Of a stretch of DNA of 64,000 nucleotides, positions 46,354 to 60,687 are shown in pieces. The notes under the pieces were generated by a model, which worked only from the letters and a program-made list of their open reading frames with translations, was not told where the DNA came from and ran no database searches. The position numbers and the translations under genes are program-made. Numbering within the stretch: position 1 is the stretch's first letter; every line of letters begins with the position of its first letter. Source of the stretch: Eledone cirrhosa (Eukaryota); NCBI GenBank assembly GCA_964016885.1, contig OZ024749.1, forward strand, positions 45,508,001 to 45,572,000, read 5' to 3'.

Positions 46354-46890
46354 CATATGTATATTATATACATATATATATATATGTATATATGTATATA
46401 AATATATATATGTGTGTATATTCTATTACGCTGCAATTTCCTGGCATAGTCAAATCTTCTTAAATGATATACCATTATCTGATGACGAATATATATCAAC
46501 ATGCTTGGCGTCATCTTTGATTGGAACATATGTTCTTCGGCGAGTTGTTGATGTGGATGATAAAGATGATGAGGATGATTACAAAGATATTTGAGCCGAT
46601 GTTAGTTACCATGATGACGATAACATAAATGATGTTGTTAGCAGCCATGACAAACATTACTTAATATTAAAATGATGTTCATAAATTGATTAATAGTGAT
46701 TTATGACGTTAGTAATGATTATACTTTTGATGGATGTTTAGGATTACGTTCCGAGATATAAGATAGCTTATACTACTTTCAATTAAAAAATTTGGATGTA
46801 ATTGAATGATTGATAAAAAATGTTCTATTGCATGTAGTGCATTAGAACTCTACTATCATTTTACCAGTGATTTAAATATACATATATATA

Positions 46891-46989
46891 TATCGACCCC
46901 GTAAGGATGAAAGGCAAAGTTATGATCGGCAGGATTTGAACTCAGACCTTAAAGGGAAGTAACTCTATGCTGCAATGCATGGTGTCCGA

Positions 46990-46995
<6 letters not shown>
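46891..46995 (-). mobile_element. Inverted partial duplicate of the SINE copy at 47203-47420
   Basis: About 105 bp with 2 mismatches; shares variants not seen in the other SINE copies here. Confidence 0.85.
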
Positions 46996-47023
<28 letters not shown>

Positions 47024-47194
47024 CTAAGGCGGGTAAAATTTCCGAGATCCATGGACAAGTTCTCTCCAGCGGTCTCTGTCCCTCATTATCGCTGCCATAT
47101 CCTGCATCTCCAACAGACCAGTGTCCGTCCTTAGGGCTTCAACATATGTTAACCTTGGTCTTCCTCTTCTAGTGTGTCCATGTAGGGGCTCCCA
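47024..47194 (-). pseudogene. RTE LINE extreme 3' fragment
   Basis: Minus strand reads WEPLHGHTRRGRPRLTYVEALRTDTG...DRDRWRELVHGSRKFYPP*, then (TA)n; homologous to 40911-41085. Confidence 0.85.
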
Positions 47195-47202
47195 ATATAT
47201 AA

Positions 47203-47420
47203 GGGTGGTGGATTGGCAGTATCGGTAGAGAGTCGGACACCATGCATTGCAGCATAGAGTTACTTCCCTTTAAGGTCTGAGTTCAAATCCTGCCGAGCAT
47301 AACTTTGCCTTTCATCCTTACGCGGTCGATAAAATAGAGTACCAGTAACGTACTGAGATCTATTTAATCGACTTTCCCCTCCCACAAAATTACTGGTCTT
47401 GTGCCTATAGTAGAAATTAT
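47203..47420 (+). mobile_element. SINE family 1, long-tail subfamily
   Basis: A and B boxes plus an extra tttaatcgactttcccctccc segment, as in 56007-56220. Confidence 0.9.
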
Positions 47421-47628
47421 ATTACTGGTGATGTCTGTCATTGATATCATCTAACAGTATTTCCCTCTCCCATCAACAGTTCTTTGTTAAATAGTCTTTT
47501 CAACACCATAGGATCTTGTCACATATCCATACATTCACAGATTATTTATTCTTTTCCCTGGTGAGAAACTAATAAAGAAACCAATGTGATGCTAGTCATG
47601 TTTCCGTGCTGCTCATGTTCGATGTGAT

Positions 47629-47856
47629 TTAACCCTTTACCGTTTACATTACTCTATATTTACTATTGTATTTTCATGGTAAAGCCTTACCTCACATAAT
47701 TATCTCACATAATATTGAATATATGAGATTTTGATTTCATTTATTTTGAGAACAATACATTAATGTCGGTATGAGAAGTCGGTTACAGCCGGTTTCAGTA
47801 GACAGCGGTGAAAAAGTTATGGCCGGATAAGGCCGGTTTAAGTGTTAAAGAGTTAA
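47629..47856. mobile_element. Non-autonomous DNA transposon (MITE) with TTAA ends, piggyBac-like
   Basis: TTAA-cccttta...taaagag-TTAA; no coding capacity. Confidence 0.65.
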
Positions 47857-47862
47857 GTATAC

Positions 47863-48052
47863 AATAATTGTTTCTACTTTTGGCACAAGGCCAGCAATTA
47901 CCCAGTGCATTACTGGTACTTTATTTTATCGACCCCGTAAGGATGAAAGGCAAAGTCAACCTCGGCGGGATTTGAACTCAGATCGTAAAGGGACGTAACT
48001 ATGCTGGAAAGCATGGCGTCCGACCCTCTACCGATACTGCCAATCCACCGCC
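47863..48052 (-). mobile_element. Full-length young SINE family 1
   Basis: Perfect 17-bp TSD ttaagtatacaataatt (47853-47869 / 48054-48070). Confidence 0.95.
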
Positions 48053-48100
48053 ATTAAGTATACAATAATTAAGATTCTACCGCATTATTTCATTTCCATT

Positions 48101-48290
48101 AGGACGAATTGGCAGTATCGGTGGAGGGTCAGTCACCATGCTTTCCAGCATAGTTACGTCCCTTTACGGTCTGAGCTCAAATCCCGTTGACGTTAACTTT
48201 GCCTTTCATCCTTACGGGGTCGATAAAATAAAGTACCAGCAGTGCATTGGGATAATTGCTGGCCTTGAATCAAAAGTAGAAACAATTATT
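48101..48290 (+). mobile_element. SINE family 1
   Basis: 17-bp TSD with 1 mismatch (48084-48100 / 48285-48301). Confidence 0.92.
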
Positions 48291-48979
48291 TCATTTTCAT
48301 TGTCTATATATCTGTATCCAAGCAAAGAATGTCAATGCTTGCATGCTTATGACAAAATTGAACCCAAGGGTGTATGCTCTTGATAGTCACAATGATATGT
48401 GTCCCTATTGGCCTGTCTGTTGTTAATTTAGTCAATTTCTGCACAGTTCCTGTATGCATTTTCTTTAATACTAATTCCCCCTGTTGCCTTATCTATCTAT
48501 CTATGTTCTGTCTTTGTGTTGCGATATTAGCGAGAAATAAAATATACGGGATATTCTTAATTCATTTAAATTATAAATGTGATATTTCAATATGACCACT
48601 ACCATTTAGTTTGGTTTCGACGATTTTCAAACATGATCTGCTTGAGGTCAACGTTAAACAAACATAGGGGAGGTGCCCACCTTGAAGTACTCATTCAATT
48701 TCACAGACCCCCCACCCTGTTTATGCCTATTACGCACATTAAAGTGGTTACCTTAGCTTAAAGCTGTTTTATAGCAGGATTCTAATTTGAATAAATATTG
48801 GGTTATGATCACTCATAATCGTTTATAACGATATATGTACTATCCTAATTACGCGGACATTATTATGAGAATTAGAACTATCAACATGTGTTTTTTGGTT
48901 AGTTGTTACCTAGGAAGATTACCTGGTGATTACCATAAAAATATCTCTTGTCTCTGCTCATGAAATTCGAAGACCACAA

Positions 48980-49092
<113 letters not shown>

Positions 49093-49469
49093 ATATAGAA
49101 AAAATATGTATAAATATATATATAAATACATATATCTGTATCTATCTATCAATCTCTCTATATATATTCTTTCATTCTTTGTGAAACGCAAGTTTCAACT
49201 TGCGTTATGTTTTGCCGTACAGCGTCTCACATGTCCCATAAGCAACTATAAGAGAGTAACATATAAATCTGTGAAAATAAGAGATGTAATCGTGTTTAAG
49301 TTTTGTTTGTAAGACATAAACTTCATTGCCCGTATGATAGTTGATGTAAAGTACGTTTCACTAGTTGAAGCAATCGTTGTTTAATCGAGTATGAGTGAAG
49401 AAAATATTTATTAGGATACATATCATTAATCAAAGTAACATTTTGAAGGACACAAAGACACATTGGCTC

Positions 49470-49534
<65 letters not shown>

Positions 49535-49571
49535 TATATATATGATCAAATGTATACCTACAAAAATACGC

Positions 49572-49624
<53 letters not shown>

Positions 49625-50026
49625 ATGTATGTGTGTGTGAGTGTGAGAGAGAGTGTATTTCATTATATACACACGCTTCGACACGCTCTCAGAAATTAAG
49701 AAAATGAAAGCAAAAAGAAAGTAAAAATCTGATACCATATATGAACCAATGAATTTCCTTTTGATTTCATAGCAAAATAGACATTGAAAAGATGTATTGA
49801 TGAGTCACATAGGTCTGTTTATCTTAATATTAAGAAATGTCCCCTGATATATCAACCAAAGAGAACACGATCAGAGCATAATGGTCACATAATGTAAACC
49901 ACAAATGACGTTCGGAAATGAAAAAAAAAAAAAAATGTAGTATCTAGAAAATGGAAACATTATGAAAAGTAATAACAAATAGAATATCAAAGATTAATTG
50001 GTCCACTCTCGCTTAAGATGTCGATC

Positions 50027-50135
<109 letters not shown>

Positions 50136-50242
50136 ATACGTATGTATATATATATATATACATATATATATATGTAATATATGTATATCTGTGTCCATTC
50201 CTCGTTCGTATATAAATGTATATGTATATATATAAATATATA

Positions 50243-50285
<43 letters not shown>

Positions 50286-50519
50286 TTATATATAAGTGAG
50301 GAATGGACACAGATGTACATATATCATTTTAGTTATATATATATATATATATTATACTCATACATCCATGTACGTATGCATATATAAATATATATATATA
50401 TATATATACATACATGTGTATCTGTGTATGTGAGTGTGTGTGTATGCCTATGTATTGACACATTCTCGTTTTTATACTGGCACACATATATATTAATCTC
50501 CATATCACGAGCAGACACT

Positions 50520-50630
<111 letters not shown>

Positions 50631-50689
50631 GTGTGTGTGTGTATATATACATACATATATATATACACACATATATATATATATATACA

Positions 50690-50734
<45 letters not shown>

Positions 50735-51479
50735 CAACAACGGAGGGCCCAGCTCCATCTTCCAAATATGATACAAGACAAGACGATCTCATCAGGCAAC
50801 CTCCACAGAATAACATAATAGGGTCACGTTGAATCAAACATATAATGGAATATAGATAAAGGGAATATAAAATTTGTTTCGGGGACTTCTTGTAATCAAA
50901 CTGTTGTATTAGTATGTCATTTGAGGTAACCATGGCTGCAATTTCGAGCAGCTGATTTTAACCAGGTAGTGACTCCTTGATATAGATAGTGAAAATCACG
51001 GTGATAATAACGATAGTGCTTAAGTTTATAGGCCATCATTGATGGTAGATGTGTGGGTGCTAATTAAATTGATAATGATAATTATATATGTGGTGACTCT
51101 TATCTTATCCAACAGGATTAGAAAGAATAATTTGAATGGAATCGTGATGAGGATGTTTATGATGATGTCTATGATGGTGATGACGACGGTGATCACATGA
51201 TTAGTGATACACACATGCGGCTGCTGATGATGCGAAAGATGATGATGTTCATACTGATGATGGTGCTGAGAAAGGGGATGACGATGGTTGGGTTTAATAG
51301 AGATTGATATATTGCTGTATTTTTAGTGATAACATGATAATGTTGAACACGATAATGACAGTCAATATTCTTTTCCCCATCACCATCAATTATAATTATG
51401 CAAATCATCATCATCATCATTATCTTCAGTAGAAATACCAGCTTGTTCCTCGCTAGAAATATCACCATGATTCTATAGT

Positions 51480-51528
51480 CATGATCATAATAATTTTCCC
51501 CATTAATATTCTCACCATCGTCATCAAC

Positions 51529-51581
<53 letters not shown>

Positions 51582-51650
51582 TATCATCATCATGATTATT
51601 CTTAGCATCATCATCATCATCATCATCATCGTCTTTATCATCTTCACCAC

Positions 51651-51698
<48 letters not shown>

Positions 51699-51807
51699 AA
51701 TCCTCTTCCCCATCAGCAACATTTTTCCACACCCTTATCATGGACGTCATCATCACCTCCACCAACACCAACACCAACATCATCAACATCATCATCATCA
51801 CTACCAC

Positions 51808-51846
<39 letters not shown>

Positions 51847-51860
51847 AGCCGTAATCATCA
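51480..51860. repeat. (ATC)n compound microsatellite
   Basis: Direct; source of the poly-M/D/I/H ORFs. Confidence 0.97.
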
Positions 51861-52109
51861 ATATAATGAAAGTTTACGTTGCTGCTTAATGAAAATAGGA
51901 ATGATATAAAACAACGAACTTTCACGAGGAACTACGAAATCACAACCACAACCACAACCACAATCACAATCACAATCACGATCACGATCACTATAATCTT
52001 CCAATTGCTAGATAATCAGAAACTTCATATCTGACACGTGACTCATTTTTAACATCCTAATATAGCAGTAGCATAGCAGCCAATTCCCAAGGTTTAACAT
52101 TGTATTATA

Positions 52110-52172
<63 letters not shown>

Positions 52173-52521
52173 ATTATTTTTTTATTTTTACCATCGCAAG
52201 ACGCCATAGCAAAATAGTAATTAGATCCATTGAAATAGCGCTACAGGGCTCTCTAGATGCTGCCCAAGAAGCAATCAACTATTAACTAAGTGCTAACATT
52301 TACGTATCTGTATTAAACAGCATGACTGAGAGGTCCTTTGACGAGGGGGGAATCTATATTAGTGAAGTTGACGTTTTGTACTATTCATGTACATCTGTCT
52401 ATGTGTGTATGTCTGTCTCTGTGTGTGTGTGTGTCTGCGTGTGTCTGTGTGTGTCTGTGTGTATGCACATACCAATATCATGAGGATGCACACACAGATA
52501 CACATATATACACATATATAC

Positions 52522-52557
<36 letters not shown>

Positions 52558-52589
52558 TATATCATATATATATATATTGACTATATGAT

Positions 52590-52778
52590 ATAATTGTTTC
52601 TACTTTTGACACAAGGCCAGCAATTACTGTGTACATTACTGGTACTTTATTTTATCGACCTCGTAAGGATGAAAGGCTAAGTTAACCTTGGCGGGATTTG
52701 AACTCAGATCGTAAAAGGACGTAACTATGGTGGAAAGAATGGCGTCTGACCCTCCCCCGATAGTGCCAATTCACCGAC
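52590..52778 (-). mobile_element. SINE family 1
   Basis: 14-bp TSD ctatatgatataat (52581-52594 / 52779-52792). Confidence 0.93.
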
Positions 52779-52979
52779 CTATATGATATAATGATATATA
52801 CTGCTGCATATAGCTATATATTTAACAATTCCTCACCCTCCAAATTTGAGTACGTACACACACACACTCACACACACATATATATATATATACACACACA
52901 TATATGTATATATATATATATATATACATACTCACACACACACACACACAGATATATATATATATATACACATGTATAC

Positions 52980-53042
<63 letters not shown>

Positions 53043-53083
53043 CTCACGCACACGCACACACATACACTCACACACATACACAC

Positions 53084-53116
<33 letters not shown>

Positions 53117-53629
53117 CACACATATATATATACATATATAAAGACACATATATATAGACTCCGCTAAATAACTATTACAAATATATCGTAATTAAATATA
53201 ACCACCCGATTATCCAGCAATATATTACATTCACTAATCGTCACTTCTATCTCAAGCTATATTATCGCACACACGATCACGAATATTACTTAAGGGGAAA
53301 CACTCTCCATACTATATACGATTCTTACTCTAGTAAGCCGAATACAATTACGATTATCGAAGCAGTTCGTAAACAAAACCCACTGTTGAGAGTGTTTGTA
53401 ATCCACAAAAGCTAAAGAGATGGGCAGATAACTCTTACATTAGCATTTAAATGGAATCGTTTGACAATATTCTAAAGTTGGAGACTAAAATAGCATGAAA
53501 GCCAACTGGAGAAATGGTACATAAGTGCTGGTATGATGATGGAATAATACACTTAGTTTCGTTGGCAAAACTATGAATAAGCTATACATGCACACATATA
53601 TATACACACATGTATACTTCTATACTTCT

Positions 53630-53662
<33 letters not shown>

Positions 53663-53666
53663 GGCA

Positions 53667-53730
<64 letters not shown>

Positions 53731-53731
53731 G

Positions 53732-53783
<52 letters not shown>

Positions 53784-54095
53784 TCACATACATATATTCA
53801 CATAGACATATGTATATATATGTGTGTGTGTGTGTTCATGTGCGTTTGTGAATGTGTGTGCGTGATTATATAGAGGTAATGCGCTCACGCTGAGTATGTT
53901 TATCAACAATATGCCAGAAGGAAAATACCTCAAAGGACTGTTCTGCTTACTAAATAGAAACACAGTTTTACTATTCAAGACGCTCCCCCTCAGCTATTTT
54001 CCTTCACTGATCTTGTTGCTATTCATAGTCAGACTTACTATATTCCCCACATTTTTGTATACGTAAATAACTACAAGACTGAACATTTTTCAATA

Positions 54096-54192
54096 TTAAC
54101 TTTGCCTTTCATCTTTACGAGATGGATATAATGAAGCACCAGTAATGCACTGAGATAATTGCTGGCCTTGTGCCAAATGTAGAAACACTTAT
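54096..54192 (+). mobile_element. 5'-truncated SINE family 1
   Basis: Core and tail match the consensus. Confidence 0.8.
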
Positions 54193-54500
54193 TTTCATGC
54201 GTTACATTAAATTCCAAATACATTTCAAACTATATTGTCTGTTTTATCCAAACTCATCGGACTTCTGATATTACTTTGAGTATCAGTAATGCCTATAATA
54301 TTCAGACGTTTGTCAACTAATTGATTTGATCTTCATTTTATCGAATTATATTAAATACAGCTATATCAATCATATAAATTGGGGCCGTTTAGTTAACTAG
54401 TTAGATCTGTCAGACAGCCATTATCTAGTGGATATCATGTACGATTCTTCATAGCGATCGCTGGCCATAGTGATTTGACTATAAGTTGTGTTTACCTAAT

Positions 54501-54684
54501 ATTGTTTCTACTTTTGGTACAAGGCCAGCAATTACTCAGTGCATTACTGGTACATTATTTAATCGACCCCGTAAGGATAAAAGGCAATATTAACCTCGGC
54601 CGGATTTGAACTCAGAATGGCAAGGGCCATAATGTGAAGCTGCAAAGCATGGCGTCCGACCCTCTACTGATACTGCCAATCCAC
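54501..54684 (-). mobile_element. SINE family 1
   Basis: Matches the consensus; possible TSD taatatt. Confidence 0.9.
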
Positions 54685-55506
54685 ATAATATTATAAGCTA
54701 GTTAGAACTGTACATACAATTATTTTTCGCGTCTTATTTCATGATTTGTTATGGAGCTTGTATTGTTAATTACAAAGTTCATAATAAATTCAATAATAAT
54801 AGATATGACTATTTATGTAATCGGCAGAAAGCTAACAGATATTTGAGGTTGGGCACAGCAGTAGATTATATCAAAACAGCTCTCACTCTATGATACATTT
54901 AGAATTATAAAAGGCAAAGTGTATATGAGATGAATACGAGTTCACGTACCATGTTGTCTGTTACTTCTTTGCCATTCCCAATGAAACATAAGTTGTATTC
55001 CAAAGTTCGCTTTAAGTAATGTACTGAAGGAACCCAGCATAATTAGAGGATTGCATAGAAGATTATTCACCTGCAACTAATGCAGTTTTGCAAATCAGGC
55101 AGATATGGTTTCAGTTATCTCTAGTCGAGTACCATGTTGGAACATAGAAAGAATGATCACGAATACTCTGTAAGAAACCGTGACACAATCCAACAGGATA
55201 TGTAAGCGGAAACAAAAAATGTCGTGAGTCTGCTTGCAACAGAGAGCATTTTGTGAAAGTACCGAAATAAACAGCTGCTGTGTTCAAAGGCATGTCGTAT
55301 TAATACTCACAGTTGTAAATAAAGATTCTAATTTCTGCAGAACAGCACATTTCGAGTTATGATTTTGTTTACATGAATCGGCGACAATCTATATTCTGTG
55401 CAACTATTCATGGATACCAAGGCTCTAGACTTACAACATTTAATGTGTAACAAGGCATTTTAAGCTTGAAATTTTGTAATGGTATCAGAGGAATATGAAG
55501 AGAACT

Positions 55507-55590
<84 letters not shown>

Positions 55591-56006
55591 TATGTGTGTA
55601 CGTGTAACTATATGAGTGTCAGTATAAGTTAGAGAAAGCGAGGAGAGAGTTAACAAAGTAATAAAGTCTAAATGTGGAAGGAATTATAGTAGATATGTTA
55701 TTGATACAAAGGAAGTGAGATCGTTAGAGATAAATATGTAAGACAGGAATATATTAAAACCCTTGCAACGAGAGTGAGGGAGGGAAGGAGTCTGTGTAAG
55801 AATCAGTGTAAAAGAAACTGAGAAAGCGAGGTAGTGGAAGAGAGTGAGGGTGAAGGAAATATTGTAGTTGCGATATATAACTATGAATATGTACGAGAAT
55901 AAATTAAATTGAATTTAATACGACGGAAGCGGAAATGTTTTCTACATTTGGATGGTTTCACGGTCGTATGAAACCCTCAAAATGTTGGAACCTTTTTCTA
56001 TAATAA

Positions 56007-56220
56007 GGATTTCTAGTATAGGCACAAGGCCAGTAATTTGGGGGAGGGGAAAGTCGATTAAATCAACCTCAGTACGTTAGTGGTGCTTTATTTTATCGAA
56101 CCTGTAAGGATGAAAGGCAAAGATAACCTCGGCGGGATTTGAACTCAGATCGTAAAGGGACGTAACTATGCTGGAAAGGATGGCGTCAGACCCTCTACCG
56201 ATACTGCCAATCCACCCCCA
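56007..56220 (-). mobile_element. SINE family 1, long-tail subfamily
   Basis: TSD aaccttt(t)tctataataa (55989-56006 / 56232-56248). Confidence 0.92.
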
Positions 56221-56574
56221 ACTTATAATAAAACCTTTTCTATAATAATGAGCATGGTTTTAACGAATATGAACTATGTAGAAATGAAGAAAATGAATGT
56301 GAATATATATGAGGATCCCTGCCTATAATTTACATGACGATGATATGACACTTATGATTTGTTTTTATATATTGGAAAAGAAACACAGATATTATATCGA
56401 TGTATTTACATGAATTACACTTATACTATTGTCTGAATTGTTTATAACAACTGTGGACATGAAACGGTAAATGAAATAATGCACAAAAAAAAGAACAATC
56501 GACTTTCGTGAAATCGAACCGAGAAATCAATGTTTCCGTTGGTCTTTCCTATTGTTAATACTATCTATCGATCG

Positions 56575-56701
56575 CAACTGCAGGTAGAAGGAGCAACGTG
56601 AAATAAATTTCCTGCTCAAGGACATAACACATCGCCCGGTCCGGCAATCGAACTCACCACCTCACGATTGCGATTCTGTAAGCACTCAGCCACACAACTC
56701 C
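56575..56701 (-). mobile_element. SINE family 2
   Basis: Minus strand reads tggctgagtg..gagttcgattgcc..gtccttgagcaggaaatttatttcacgttgctcc. Confidence 0.7.
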
Positions 56702-56816
56702 ACTTATAATGCACATATAACTCCCATATATGATTGCAATTCTGAATTATTGCCATAGTTTAAATAAATCTACACATGCCTATATCATTTCATTATCCAT
56801 TTCATATCAAAATAAG

Positions 56817-57150
56817 ATAATAATTGTTTCTACATTTGGCACAAGGCCAACAATTATACCAGTGCATCACTGGTACTTTATTTAAAATAAAATAATAATA
56901 AAAAAGGTAACATCTATTTTGTTTTAGCAGTATCATTGTCATTATCATTAGGTCGGTGGATTGGCATTATCGGTAGAGGTTCGGACACCTTGCTTTGTGA
57001 AATAGATTTAAGGCCTTTTACGTTCTGGGTCCAAATCCGGCCGAGCTTAGCTTTGCATTTCATCTTCACTGGGATCGATTTAATCGAAAGTTGCCACGCC
57101 CCAAAATTGCTGGCCTTGTGCCTAAATCAGAAACTATTATTATTATTATT
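56817..57150. mobile_element. SINE family 1 tail (56817-56883, minus) plus an older plus-strand copy (56951-57150) running into (ATT)n(GTC)n(GTA)n
   Basis: Consensus matches; the microsatellite extends to about 57300. Confidence 0.75.
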
Positions 57151-57169
57151 AGTAGTAGTCGTCGTCGTT

Positions 57170-57267
<98 letters not shown>

Positions 57268-57720
57268 TGTAGTTATTGTAGTAGTAGTAGTAATAGTAGA
57301 ACTACCGTTACAAAAGCATTTAACATACGAATTATGAAAGTGTACCAGAAAAGTCCTAGCCTCACACCAATTAGTTCAGAAAACTAGAATATGAGAGTAA
57401 ACCTCAAGAATATTCCAGAGTGAAGCAACAAATGACATCTGCTGTAACAGAAGTGAACCACAAGCTGATAGATTAATTAATGTCTAGCTGAAAATATGAC
57501 TAATCCCTTTTCTCGTTTATATGTATCATACAATGGTTATCAGTACTATCAGATGTTATTTCAATAGAATCCGATCTATAGCATTTGATCCATAATATCA
57601 TCGTTGGTTACATATAATCCATAATTGGGTTCACAATATGGATTTAGATTGCGTTGCTATATCACAGGTGTTTGTGCTCCAATATGAGATCACACACACC
57701 CACACAAATGGGTGTGTGTG

Positions 57721-57803
<83 letters not shown>

Positions 57804-58128
57804 ATTTAGCATCCACCTCGTTTTTAGACAGAACGGAACTCCTGTTGATGAAGTGAATCCTCTGTTCTATCATGGAATACCACGAGCGTCCTTGTTACGT
57901 AAGTCGGACATTTGATTTCGGTTTCACAGAAACACTTTAACCGCATATCGTTTAATTTGTCCAGGTGTATCTTTTTTTAACCTGTTTGTTTTTTCGTTAC
58001 TTTGGTATTGTGTGTTGGGTTTTGCCTACCACAATGTTCAATTTGTCAAGCTATTTAAACGTATGTTATTACTCTAAGGACCTACCCTTATTGAGTGCTT
58101 TGCTAAGCTTCCACATGTATTATAAAAT

Positions 58129-58186
<58 letters not shown>

Positions 58187-58224
58187 TATATATATTCTTT
58201 CGTTTCTATTTATTTAAAACGGAA

Positions 58225-58268
<44 letters not shown>

Positions 58269-59159
58269 GCCACAATACGTTACTTCTATGCGTTAAATCT
58301 CTGATCCTCATCAGAGAAGTGTATGTGTTTATAATAAACACGCCCAAAGTTTGGGTCTTAAATATGATTATTTTTTTCTAAGATAAATTCAGGAACGTTA
58401 TTTTCCACCAGGGATATTATTTCCATTTGTTTATCGACATACATTCTTTGTTGGAATGTTGTCTATACACATACATATATGTAAGTTTTAATAAAACCTA
58501 TGTGTAGCAGACTTTTCTAGACTCGCCATTTCTACGTTGGTTTTTCAATACTTTTAATAAGGTGGACGAATACTTGAGATTCTCTAGACTTTAGATTCTT
58601 CGCAGAACTAAGTCTCCTGGAAATGAAGCAATCCGAAATGTAATGCCTTTAAAGATGGGAAAAAAGCCTCAGAAATAATATGATTCTGAACCGTATCCTT
58701 ATGATCGTGAGCCAAGGATTAAAAACATTAATCATCCATAATTGGGTTAAAACATGAAATATTGTGTAGGTAGAGATACAGTATCCACTCACTATATCAA
58801 TGTGTCTAATAGCATTTGTACATATGAAGAATATAGAGGTTGATCTCATAACACGTCTAATACACGAATGATCTTAACGAAGACAGTGTATATTAGGACG
58901 TGTTGAATAATATATACAACAGGTGAACATATATAAAATTCGATAATTAATTTATATAGAAGAATCTTCTACTGGAAACACTTAAATATCGAAGATATAT
59001 TTTTGGTTGAGCGTTAGGGTTAGCTTTTTGCCTATATTTGTATGTGTACATATGCATATGTTTTACGGTATTTCTATTGTGTTATTGTCTCCTTAGAAGT
59101 TTTCCATATATTCGATACACACACATATATATATATATATGTATATGTATATAGGTATG

Positions 59160-59234
<75 letters not shown>

Positions 59235-59240
<6 letters not shown>

Positions 59241-59639
59241 GGATTTAAATGGATACAGTTTAGTTAAAAGGAATTTATTGACACGTGTTTCAATAACAGT
59301 TACATAACCTGAAAACAGCTGCTATCTACAAAATTCTACAAGATTCTGATTCTGCAAATGCTAATTCTACAAGATTCTGATGAAATGACAGTTGATAATA
59401 ACATTGAAATATTGAATGTCTGCATAACTAATACTTTGTAGATAGCAGCTGTTTTCAGGTTATGTAACTGTTATTGAAACACGTGTCAATAAATTCCTTT
59501 TAACTAAACTGTATCCATTTAAATCCTTCTATTTTTCTCCGGATTACTTTTGGAACTACAACTGGAACCGTCGAGCAAACTCTACGTGAGCTGTCCATCT
59601 ACCGTATGTAATATTTATATTACAACACTACGGAACATA

Positions 59640-59642
<3 letters not shown>
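59235..59642. mobile_element. PLE-like fold-back (98-bp arms 59235-59332 / 59435-59532)
   Basis: Arms appear identical; (TA)n on both sides. Confidence 0.88.
59374..59490 (+). ncRNA. Hammerhead ribozyme with 72-nt loop II and intact core
   Basis: att-CTGATGA-aatgacagtt-[72 nt]-aactgttatt-GAAA-C-ACGT-GTC-aat(aaa). Confidence 0.83.
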
Positions 59643-59724
<82 letters not shown>

Positions 59725-59725
59725 C

Positions 59726-59814
<89 letters not shown>

Positions 59815-59818
59815 AATA

Positions 59819-59854
<36 letters not shown>

Positions 59855-60687
59855 CATTTTATATATATATATTTAATGTAGAAGGATCATACCCAATATA
59901 CTACTCAATGAAGATTCCATCTTGAAATTTATGACCTAAATGTATTGAGATACGACATTAATGATTCCTAAAACTATACTTACATCTCAACAAAAGCACT
60001 TCAAACATTATTTTGGTTTCAATAAACGATATTCAACTTAAATCAAACTTTCGATGTGTCGATATAGTAAATTTACTAATTTATTACTCCTACAAATTCT
60101 TTATAGATATAAATGGGGAAGGCCAAAGAAATCTGTAGCCAGATTTAATACCAGAAACACCGCCGACGTGTACTTAGCTATTACTGATATGCATTTACTT
60201 TGGCGCCTTAGAATCATAAGAATGATATAAGTACTGTTATTTGGTTGTACGGAAATGATGGGGAATATTTCAACCACTAATTTTGTTGAGATCGTACGAT
60301 TTTGAACTGAAATGAACCTTTTATCATTTCCTAAATATCTGTTAAGACATCCACTTAGATTTATCTTCCGGCTGAAACAGCACGTTTCCAAGAGTAGCTT
60401 GGTACGAAAATATTGGTTAATGTTGACAAGATGGAATGCAATATAGTTTCAGGACAGCATTTTATTACCAAATGCATTTCATTTACAGACAGGATTACTT
60501 AGGTCATTCTATCGTAATGATACACCTTTTTACAAAATTTGAAACCAGAAGACGATTTTAACTTACTTTCAGTTTGTGAATTAGGAATAACTTCGTATTT
60601 CGACGACATATGATATTCTTGATATTTGAAAGCAAGTAAAATATTGAAAACTCAGACCCAAAATACACGTGATATCTTAGCTTTAAC

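Noticed and set aside
47863-48052. tRNA genes (A/B boxes)
   Set aside because: These are SINE heads with extra core/tail, TSDs and no complete cloverleaf.
50729-50960. Minus-strand CTGATGA and cGAAAc next to a TA tract
   Set aside because: The motifs are in the wrong order and no pairing was found.
51193-51925. Poly-Asp/Met/His ORFs resembling acidic or metal-binding proteins
   Set aside because: (ATC)n repeat open in several frames on both strands; no splice or domain evidence.
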